A stretch of DNA of 32,000 bases from Halalkalibacterium halodurans (GTDB lineage Bacteria > Bacillota > Bacilli > Bacillales > Bacillaceae_D). Under the pieces are notes generated by a model. That model was not told the origin of the DNA, ran no database searches, and saw only the letters and a list, made by a program, of their open reading frames with translations. Of the stretch, positions 9,604 through 16,394 are shown piece by piece. Position numbers and translations under genes: made by a program. Position 1 is the first letter of the stretch; each line of letters starts with the position of its first letter. The DNA is taken from the NCBI RefSeq assembly GCF_004376175.1, contig NZ_SNUY01000016.1, forward strand, positions 1-32,000, written 5' to 3'.

Positions 9604-11007
9604 ATGACGACGAATAACCATCGGGTGGCGGTGATTGGTGGTGGGATGACCGGGCTCGCTGCTGCTTGGGCTCTTCAGAAAGCAAGAAAACAAATGCCAA
9701 TAGAATATGAACTCATTGAAGCAAGCGATCAGCTTGGAGGGAAAATCCAAACAGATGTAACCGAAGGCTTCGTCATTGAACGCGGGCCGGATTCCTATTT
9801 AGCGCGGAAAGAAAGCATGACGAGACTTGCGAGGGAAGTCGGACTCGAGGGAGAGCTAGTTCGTAACGATACTGGACAGGCCTACATTTTAAAGGATGAC
9901 CAGCTTTATCCAATACCAGGTGGAGCCATTATGGGAATTCCAACTGAGATTGGACCGTTTATCCGCTCCCGGCTTTTTTCCCCTATTGGGAAGCTAAGGG
10001 CAGCTCAAGACTTAGTCATCCCTTCTTTTACTCATGAGAATGAGGATGTTTCCCTCGGTTACTTTTTCCGTAAGCGACTAGGAGATGAAGTAGTTGACCA
10101 GTTAATTGAACCGCTTCTGTCCGGTATCTATGCAGGGGATTTGGATACGCTTAGCTTACAAGCAACCTTCCCTCAGTTTCAACAGCTTGAAGCTAAATAT
10201 GGTAGCCTCATTCGTGGAATAAAGGCTTCAAGGGGAAAGCAAAGTCAATCACAGGTCGGGAAAAAGCAAGGAATGTTCTTAACATTTCGCCGCGGGTTGC
10301 AATCGTTTATAGCGGCGATCGAGCAGCACCTCGATGAGAAGGCGATTCGTAAAAAAACGGAAGTCCGTTTTTGTGAGCGGGAAGGGAAGCGGTACCGGTT
10401 AACGTTTAACGATGGGACCGTTCAGACGTATGATCATGTCATTTTAACAACTCCACCCTACGTAACCGGACGTCTCCTTGAGCCATATGTGGACGTAGAC
10501 TACATGCGAGAAATGAAAGCGACGACGGTGGCGACGGTGGCGATGGCATTTAAATCCGAGGATCTTCACATTCCATATGAGGGGACTGGATTCGTCGTGC
10601 CGCGGAAAAGTCGCTACGAAATTACGGCCTGTACGTGGACGCACAAAAAATGGCGTCATACAACGCCTGAAGGCCATGCGCTCGTACGATGCTATGTAGG
10701 CAAGCCAGGATCTGAATCTATTGTACATGAAACGGATGAGGCAATTGTTGAACAGGTGCAAAAAGACCTTGACCAAATCATGACAGTCAAAAGAGAGCCG
10801 CTGTTTTACAAGGTGACGCGTTGGAAAAAAGCAATGCCGCAATATGAAGTCGGCCATCGCTATAAACTCGAAAAAGTAAGACAGGAACTAAAAAAAGCAA
10901 TGCCGGGGATTATACTTGCCGGAGCAGGATTTGATGGCATTGGTTTACCAGACTGTATTGACCAAGGGGAAGCAGCTGTTGCAACAGTCTTGGAAGAAAT
11001 ATTGTAA
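9604..11007 (+). CDS. hemY: FAD-dependent protoporphyrinogen/coproporphyrinogen III oxidase
   Basis: N-terminal dinucleotide fold VAVIGGGMTGLAAA. 467 aa. Third gene of hemEHY. Confidence 0.9.
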   Translation: MTTNNHRVAVIGGGMTGLAAAWALQKARKQMPIEYELIEASDQLGGKIQTDVTEGFVIERGPDSYLARKESMTRLAREVGLEGELVRNDTGQAYILKDDQLYPIPGGAIMGIPTEIGPFIRSRLFSPIGKLRAAQDLVIPSFTHENEDVSLGYFFRKRLGDEVVDQLIEPLLSGIYAGDLDTLSLQATFPQFQQLEAKYGSLIRGIKASRGKQSQSQVGKKQGMFLTFRRGLQSFIAAIEQHLDEKAIRKKTEVRFCEREGKRYRLTFNDGTVQTYDHVILTTPPYVTGRLLEPYVDVDYMREMKATTVATVAMAFKSEDLHIPYEGTGFVVPRKSRYEITACTWTHKKWRHTTPEGHALVRCYVGKPGSESIVHETDEAIVEQVQKDLDQIMTVKREPLFYKVTRWKKAMPQYEVGHRYKLEKVRQELKKAMPGIILAGAGFDGIGLPDCIDQGEAAVATVLEEIL

Positions 11008-11009
11008 AA

Positions 11010-11361
11010 TAGGGAAAGGATCATTCGTTGAGTAGATGAACGAATGATCCTTTCTGTCGTTAGAGACGTATCGTATGCACGATTCAAAGGGAGGAGAATC
11101 GTAAGGTAAGTCATGGCTTTCAATGAACTTTTGTAAAACCAAATGGGGTGGGCAACTTACATGTTGAGCGATTTACTAGCTGTATTCGATGAGGGTCGCA
11201 TCTCACAGCTCGGTAATTGTCTTGCTTTTCATCACCTCCTTTGAAATGGATCACGGCTTTAGAAGCTGCTCTCTTTTTCTACGGTGACAAGCAAGACGTG
11301 ATCAAGATCGCGTACGAGAAATGAATTTCGTTAGGGTAAAAAAGTTTCTATAAGGAAACTT
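11010..11361 (-). ncRNA. Candidate ~350-nt non-coding transcript (unknown class) between an orphan consensus promoter and the hemY terminator
   Basis: Predicted only from the promoter at 11368..11396 (minus strand) and the terminator at 11015..11053. No ORF has a usable start. It contains AAAGGAGGTGAT (11242..11231) and a CU-rich loop UCCUCCCUUU in hairpin 11101..11080. Confidence 0.3.
11015..11053. terminator. Terminator hairpin after hemY, usable on both strands
   Basis: Perfect 15-bp stem AAAGGATCATTCGTT / AACGAATGATCCTTT with a 9-nt loop, starting 8 nt after the hemY stop. Confidence 0.7.
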
Positions 11362-11367
11362 AATTGT

Positions 11368-11396
11368 ATTATAGAAACAAAAAAGGATGTTGTCAA
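11368..11396 (-). promoter_or_regulatory. Consensus sigma-A-type promoter TTGACA-N17-TATAAT
   Basis: The minus strand reads acggTTGACAacatccttttttgtttcTATAATacaatta. The -35 box is at 11396..11391, the -10 box at 11373..11368, and the spacer is exactly 17 nt. No annotated gene lies downstream. Confidence 0.55.
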
Positions 11397-11557
11397 CCGT
11401 TTCTCTTCAAATGGTTAGAAAAATTTGGTCCGTCTCCATCCTTAATGGTGGGAAACGATTATTTTTATGCTCTGATTCATAAAAAGTTGGAATTCAAAGT
11501 TTTCTTGTTGAAAGATGTACGAAAAGCTTAGAATGGAAAGGGAAAGGGGGACGTTAC

Positions 11558-12655
11558 GTGTTTCAAACAGCATTATGTAAGCGGTTATCTATTGAATTTC
11601 CTATTGTTCAAGCAGGCATGGCGGGGGGGGCCGACAACTCCGGAACTCGTTGCTGCTGTTTCCAATCATGGAGGGTTAGGAACGATTGGTGCAGGTTATA
11701 TGACAGTGGAAGCTTTAGAAGTGGCAATTAAACGGATTCGTCAATTGACAGACCGACCGTTTGCCGTCAATTTGTTTTGTACCGACTGGGCATGTGATTA
11801 TTCAAGATTAGAGGAAGTTAAGCCAGTTCTTGATCAAATCAGAGCGAATCTTGGCCTCGGAAATCTGGAAGAAGTCCCAGCAGGTCGGGATATGTTCCGA
11901 GATAAATTTGACCTTTTGCTCAAAGAGAGAGTACCTGTATTTAGCTCTGCTTTCGGCTTGCTGGCTAAACATGATGTAGAACGTTTGAAAGAGTTCGGGA
12001 TTTTGTGGACGGCCATGGTAACGACTGTAGGAGAAGCACAAGAAGCCGAACAGCAAGGGGCGGATGTCATCGTGGCACAAGGGAGTGATGCTGGTGGCCA
12101 CAGGGGAACCTTTTCTGTTGATGAAAAAAAGATGGAGCGAATATCGGCACCTTTTCTCTTGTGCCGCAAATCGTCGATCACGTACAAGTGCCTGTTGTCG
12201 CAGCGGGTGGTGTAGTCGATGGAAGGGGGCTCGTTGCTGCACTCGCGCTAGGGGCTGCAGGGGTTCAAATGGGGACTCGTTTTTTGCTTACGAAAGAAGC
12301 GGGGACTGCCTCCTATTACCGTAAGGCGCTTTTGACAAGTACAGAAGAAGATACGGTTCTAACACGTGCTTTTTCTGGCCGTCCAGCTCGAGGCATCGAT
12401 AATGAATTTATAAATCAATTTGAAACAAGTGGGGTCGAACCACTTCCTTTCCCAGCACAGAATCATCTAACATCGACGATTCGTAAGGAAGCCGGTCGTC
12501 AGCAAAAGCAAGAATATTCCTCTCTCTGGTCAGGTCAAGGACTTAGGTTATTGCAACGAGATGGGGAGGAAGCCGGGGCCGTGGTAGCACAGCTCATGAA
12601 TGAGGCGAAATCCATATGGAGAGGATGGAATAAAACAGCCCAGGACCCATTGTAA
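11558..12655 (+). pseudogene. Nitronate monooxygenase (2-nitropropane dioxygenase / FabK-like) disrupted by two frameshifts
   Basis: GTG at 11558 (SD GAAAGGGGGA) encodes FQTALCKRLSIEFPIVQAGMAGG. Homology then continues in another frame (PTTPELVAAVSNHGGLGTIGAGYM...AQGSDAGGHRGTF) after a G8 run at 11623-11630. It returns to the first frame (IGTFSLVPQIVDHVQVPVVAAGGVVDGRG) after an A7 run at 12124-12130. Confidence 0.8.
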
Positions 12656-12665
12656 GGCCCTGGGC
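12638..12665 (-). terminator. Hairpin spanning the NMO stop codon, with a U-rich tail only on the minus strand
   Basis: GCCCAGG...CCTGGGC stem. The minus strand continues tgttttatt and the plus strand continues atcatcc. It lies just downstream of the 51-aa minus-strand ORF. Confidence 0.4.
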
Positions 12666-12671
12666 ATCATC

Positions 12672-12827
12672 CTACAATCCATTTCGATTGTAATAGAGCC
12701 AATAATTAACTTCATGCTTTAGCTTTTCTTCTTGAAGCTTTTCATCACGAATGAACTGCTCTAGCTCATTTGACGTGTATTTACGTTTTTTTACTGTAAC
12801 CGTAAAAACAAGAAAATTAAAGGTCAT
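12672..12827 (-). CDS. Unannotated 51-aa small protein (below the ORF-track cutoff)
   Basis: TAGGAGGcataaagaATG gives an AGGAGG core 8 nt from the ATG. Translation by hand: MTFNFLVFTVTVKKRKYTSNELEQFIRDEKLQEEKLKHEVNYWLYYNRNGL. A hairpin at 12638..12665 follows it. Confidence 0.4.
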   Translation of the reverse strand: MTFNFLVFTVTVKKRKYTSNELEQFIRDEKLQEEKLKHEVNYWLYYNRNGL

Positions 12828-12864
12828 TCTTTATGCCTCCTAACTGTAAAATCCGTTTCTCCTT

Positions 12865-12924
12865 TCAGGTGAGGCCTTTCACCTGCTCATACCAGCGTAA
12901 CAATGCGGAAAATTTGTTCGTCAT
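12865..12924 (-). CDS. Possible 19-aa mini-ORF upstream of the 51-aa ORF
   Basis: AAGGAGG (12941..12935) lies 10 nt before the ATG at 12924. Peptide MTNKFSALLRWYEQVKGLT. The stop lies inside the hairpin CAGGTGA-aaggcc-TCACCTG. It could be a leader peptide or not translated at all. Confidence 0.2.
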   Translation of the reverse strand: MTNKFSALLRWYEQVKGLT

Positions 12925-12973
12925 TTCGCCCATACCTCCTTAATTAGAATAAAATGTAAACGATTTTTTGGAC

Positions 12974-13008
12974 AAAAAAACCGCAGGAAGAAACAACACC
13001 TGCGGTTT
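12974..13008 (-). terminator. Terminator hairpin H1 (CCGCAGG/CCTGCGG)
   Basis: Perfect 7-bp GC-rich stem. On the minus strand it is followed by T7, on the plus strand only by TTT. Confidence 0.55.
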
Positions 13009-13034
13009 AGAAAAAAATCCCATGAATAGAGCAT

Positions 13035-13063
13035 AAAAAACCACAGGTACGTTCAACCTGCGG
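13035..13063 (-). terminator. Terminator hairpin H2, a diverged duplicate of H1
   Basis: The minus-strand RNA pairs CCGCAGG/CCUGUGG with one G.U wobble and is followed by U6. The plus-strand RNA would have an A.C mismatch and no U-tract. Confidence 0.55.
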
Positions 13064-13117
13064 ATCTGTGTGTTAAGCCAATCTTAACCATTGTCCACGT
13101 GTGAAGCGGTTGAACGA

Positions 13118-13333
13118 TCATTCAATGAAGTTGTCGATGTACTCTTTAAATGCGTTAATCCAAACAACATGTTGTTCAACCTCCTTATCACACCAAAAAT
13201 TGTTTACGTCTGAAATTATAACCAACAGTTCTTTACTTGTAAAGGGATAATTTTCTTTTTCATTGAAAATGATGATTCTGTCTATGAAAAAAAGAGGTTG
13301 GTATTTATATGGAATTGATTGTTTCAAAAACAT
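13118..13333 (-). CDS. Hypothetical 71-aa ORF, probably a gene remnant
   Basis: The translation looks protein-like, but there is no SD before the ATG and an in-frame stop lies 8 codons upstream. The segment is AT-rich. An alternative 28-aa ORF (13084..13170) with its own promoter-like and SD signals is embedded out of frame. Confidence 0.3.
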   Translation of the reverse strand: MFLKQSIPYKYQPLFFIDRIIIFNEKENYPFTSKELLVIISDVNNFWCDKEVEQHVVWINAFKEYIDNFIE

Positions 13334-13519
13334 TCGCTTGCCGCGGGCATGGTTTCAGTTAATCATAGAAGGGCGCACCGGTAGATCTTCAGCTCTTGCT
13401 TTCTCTCGGGCGTCTCATCATGTTGACCATCAACTTGGAAACGTCTGCTTCCGTGAGTGCAATGGCGTGAACTTACGTAAGTACTCGGCCATAACCGTAA
13501 CGGTCCCATGAATCAACAG

Positions 13520-13562
13520 AAAAAAGGTTCGGATCATTTTATTTTGATGATCCGAACCTTTT
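13520..13562. terminator. Bidirectional terminator (copy 2 of the repeated palindromic element)
   Basis: A6-GGTTCGGATCAT-tttattttg-ATGATCCGAACC-TTTT, a perfect 12-bp stem, 46 nt downstream of the ABC lipoprotein gene stop (minus strand). Confidence 0.75.
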
Positions 13563-13607
13563 GTATTACGTCTGGCTAGCTCTTTCCCAGTCTCGATTGG
13601 CTCTTCA

Positions 13608-14618
13608 TTACTCACTTAAAATGGAATCAAGTAAGCTCGTATCAACAAATCCGTCTAAGTTTGGGTCTTCGTCCATGAATTTCAACTCATAGGAAGCGTC
13701 GGCCCATGCTTGAAGGGCATCCGGATACGTGTCGGTTGTAACAGCCATCCGTTCCCACGCTTTATAAAGAACATCTTCAGGTAAACGGTTTTGCGTCAGA
13801 TCAAAGAGGGCGTCATTGACCGTTTCCAATGTAGCATCCACATCTTCTTGTGCAAATTCAACCGATTTAACATGAGCACGTAAAAACGCTTCGACTTGCT
13901 CTGGATGATTTTCTAGAAACTCTCTCGTTGTCACGACGACGACACTTGCAAGTTCTTCCCCTAAAAAGACATCATTCCATTCAGCCACGACATGAGCTCC
14001 TAATTCTTCCACAAGGTAAGTTCCCCAAGGCTCCGGGGCAGCTGCAGCATCGATTTGGCCTTGCTCAAACATGGCGACCATATTTGACGGAGCAATTCGT
14101 GATTGGTGCTCCACGGTTCCTCCCACACGATTGGACTCTAGTCCGAGCTCTTTTAACATAATTTCAAGCTGTACATTATGGGTACAACCGTTTCCTGGTG
14201 TACAGAACGATTTACCGTCAAAGTCATCGAGCGTCTCAATCCCAGATCCATCACGGGCGACAATCAAGGTCGCACCGTTTGTTGCGGATCCGAGAACAAC
14301 GACGTCCCCTCCAGTTAAATAATAATTAATCGCTGGTCCAGGTCCCACATATCCAATATCAATGCTCCCTGTTGATAAAGCTTCAATAAAATCGTTCCCA
14401 TTCGGGAAATGGGTGAACTCTACTTTTTCTTCTCCTAGTTCTTCTGCAAAAAAACCTTTCTCTTTTCCAACAATGGCCGCTGCATGATCAAGGTTTGGGA
14501 AATAGCCAATGGTTACGTCTTGGTCTTCCTCTCCCGATGTGCTAGAACTTTCTGTACCGCAAGCAGCCAACGCTGTTAAAGCTAGAGCTGCGGTTACTCC
14601 TAAAAGCCATTTTCTCAT
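13608..14618 (-). CDS. ABC transporter substrate-binding lipoprotein, NitT/TauT (sulfonate/nitrate/taurine, NMT1-like) family
   Basis: Lipobox LTALAAC|G after a signal peptide. SsuA/NMT1-like periplasmic binding fold sequence. SD GAGGAGG. Last gene of a three-gene operon. Confidence 0.75.
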   Translation of the reverse strand: MRKWLLGVTAALALTALAACGTESSSTSGEEDQDVTIGYFPNLDHAAAIVGKEKGFFAEELGEEKVEFTHFPNGNDFIEALSTGSIDIGYVGPGPAINYYLTGGDVVVLGSATNGATLIVARDGSGIETLDDFDGKSFCTPGNGCTHNVQLEIMLKELGLESNRVGGTVEHQSRIAPSNMVAMFEQGQIDAAAAPEPWGTYLVEELGAHVVAEWNDVFLGEELASVVVVTTREFLENHPEQVEAFLRAHVKSVEFAQEDVDATLETVNDALFDLTQNRLPEDVLYKAWERMAVTTDTYPDALQAWADASYELKFMDEDPNLDGFVDTSLLDSILSE

Positions 14619-14632
14619 GTTGTGTTCCTCCT

Positions 14633-15391
14633 CTATGATTTTGCATATCCCCAGCGTGAAAGAACTTTACGCTCAATTGGATTAAAGATTAAATACTCAA
14701 CGATTAAACCGACAACGGCAATAATCATCATAATTGCAATGACAAGTTCCATGTTAAAAAAATCTCTTGCATCAAGGAGCGTCCGACCTAACCCGCCTCG
14801 CCCGAGCAATTCCCCGGCAATGAGAGCACGCCAGCCAAAGGCCCACGCGAGGCGCATACCTGTGAGAGCAGAGGGGATGGAAGCTGGGATCATGACCTTC
14901 CATACGAGCTCGGCTCCGCGGTATCCCATCGTTCGAGCGGCTCTAATTAATAAGGGCTGGACATTTTTAATTCCCATCCGCATATTCATCGTCATCGCCC
15001 ATGTTCCACCTAATACGATAATAGAAATAATGGCCGTATTACCCGTTTGCAGGACGACAAGGGCGATAGGTAGCCAAACGATACTCGGTACAGATTGTAA
15101 CGCAATGACCAATGAGCCGAGCGTCTCGTCCGCTATTTTCGATAACGCAAGTAAAATCCCAAGACAAGAACCAACCACGACGGCGATAGTAAAGCCGATC
15201 GCAATTCGTGATAAACTTTCGAAAGTGGCAACAGTTAAAATCCCCGTTTCAAAGAACCCTTTATAAAGTTCAACAAATGAAAGCAGGGGAGACGGAAACA
15301 ACCTCGTTTGAAACAATTCTAAACGATAAACGAGTTCCCAAATAAAAAACAGAGCAGCAAAAAAGAGGAGTCTTCTAAGAAGGGTAGCCAT
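14633..15391 (-). CDS. ABC transporter permease (BPD_transp_1, NitT/TauT family)
   Basis: 252 aa with about 6 TM segments and an EAA-like loop (RAARTMGYRGAELVWKVMIP). SD AAGGAGG lies 8 nt upstream. The start overlaps the ATPase stop by 17 nt. Confidence 0.8.
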   Translation of the reverse strand: MATLLRRLLFFAALFFIWELVYRLELFQTRLFPSPLLSFVELYKGFFETGILTVATFESLSRIAIGFTIAVVVGSCLGILLALSKIADETLGSLVIALQSVPSIVWLPIALVVLQTGNTAIISIIVLGGTWAMTMNMRMGIKNVQPLLIRAARTMGYRGAELVWKVMIPASIPSALTGMRLAWAFGWRALIAGELLGRGGLGRTLLDARDFFNMELVIAIMMIIAVVGLIVEYLIFNPIERKVLSRWGYAKS

Positions 15392-16169
15392 CGCCCATCT
15401 CCTCCTTCATGACTTTTTCAATTTCACCAGCAAGCTGCTGACTAATTTCTTCTTCAAGCTCGTTGAATATCAGACTATTTGTTTTTCGCGGCCGCTCCAT
15501 GTTAACCGAAAAGGTACCAATGATGCCTCCTGGCCGGACTCCCATTAAGAAAATTTTGTCGGAAAGTAAGATCGCTTCGCGAATATTATGGGTAACAAAA
15601 ATGATCGTTTTTTTCGTTTGTTGCCAGATCGCTTGGAGTTCCCGATGAAGCATGGAACGAGTTTGCTCATCAAGAGCACCGAACGGTTCATCCATCAAGA
15701 GAACATCAGGATCAAGCGCTAATGCACGAGCAATCGCGACACGTTGCTTCATTCCACCCGAGAGCTCATGGGGATAGGAATGCGTAAACTTACTCAAATG
15801 GACAAGCTTTAAGTATTCAAGCGCTCTTTTCTTCGCTTCCTCTTTGTTGTACTGCTTCCGAATCGCAAATACAACATTGTCAAGTACTGTAAGCCAAGGC
15901 ATTAAAGCAGCTTCCTGAAAGACAACCCCTCGATCAGGGCCGGGTTCAATCACTTTATTTTGACCGACATAAACGGCTCCATTACTTGCTTTTTCTAGTC
16001 CCGCAACGATGTTAAGTAGCGTCGATTTTCCGCAACCGGACGGTCCTAATAGGGAGACAAACTCTCCTGAATGAATCTCTAGATTGATGTTTTCAAAGAC
16101 TTGGTACGACGATTGCTCCTCTTTACCTTCAAACGTTTTCCCTACGTCTTTTATCATGACACTCGCCAT
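15375..16169 (-). CDS. ABC transporter ATP-binding protein (NitT/TauT family)
   Basis: Walker A GPSGCGKST, signature LSGGMKQR, Walker B LLMDEPFGALD. SD GGAGCAGGAGGAAGG. Confidence 0.9.
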   Translation of the reverse strand: MASVMIKDVGKTFEGKEEQSSYQVFENINLEIHSGEFVSLLGPSGCGKSTLLNIVAGLEKASNGAVYVGQNKVIEPGPDRGVVFQEAALMPWLTVLDNVVFAIRKQYNKEEAKKRALEYLKLVHLSKFTHSYPHELSGGMKQRVAIARALALDPDVLLMDEPFGALDEQTRSMLHRELQAIWQQTKKTIIFVTHNIREAILLSDKIFLMGVRPGGIIGTFSVNMERPRKTNSLIFNELEEEISQQLAGEIEKVMKEEMGDGYPS

Positions 16170-16244
16170 TGCCTTCCTCCTGCTCCTACAAACATCTGAA
16201 CTAACTAATGAAATCAGATGAAAATAGTCGGGTTTTCTTGTCTT

Positions 16245-16273
16245 AGTATATGCACAACGACAGCAGCTGTCAA
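16245..16273 (-). promoter_or_regulatory. Sigma-A-type promoter of the ABC operon (TTGACA-N17-TATACT)
   Basis: The minus strand reads TTGACAgctgctgtcgttgtgcaTATACT, about 70 nt upstream of the ATPase start codon. Confidence 0.6.
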
Positions 16274-16394
16274 ATGACGACCATGAGCAAAAGGAGGATG
16301 GAAGAGTATGGGATTACCCACTTTAATAATCGACTCTTTTTATGGTAAGATAATACCGCGTGACTAAGAATATTTAGATTTATAGGAGTGCAGA

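Noticed and set aside
10444-11142. Minus-strand ORFs 10444..10857, 10860..11123 and 10945..11142.
   Set aside because: They are antisense to hemY or run through the hemY terminator hairpin. They have no translation signals.
11140-11160. AAATGGGGTGGGCAAC on the plus strand, which resembles the T-box core GGGTGG.
   Set aside because: The rest of the T-box consensus (TACCGCG), a specifier loop and a terminator/antiterminator pair are absent. No aminoacyl-tRNA-related gene lies downstream.
11231-11260. 9-codon ORF MKSKTITEL and a 46-codon GTG-initiated frame behind the strong SD at 11242..11231.
   Set aside because: The ATG is only 2 nt from GGAGG, which is too close for initiation. The longer frame has no SD and an implausible Cys/Arg/His-rich composition. 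I treat the region as non-coding or a decayed gene in the findings.
11808-12324. ORFs 11808..12242 (-), 11834..12187 (-) and 12064..12324 (+) inside the NMO region.
   Set aside because: They are shadow frames of the NMO coding sequence. The NMO similarity in the sense frames explains the region once the two frameshifts are allowed.
14622-15266. 214-aa plus-strand ORF.
   Set aside because: It is entirely antisense to the ABC permease gene, which has clear TM and EAA features. The translation is Pro/Arg/Ser/Ile-rich low complexity with no SD.
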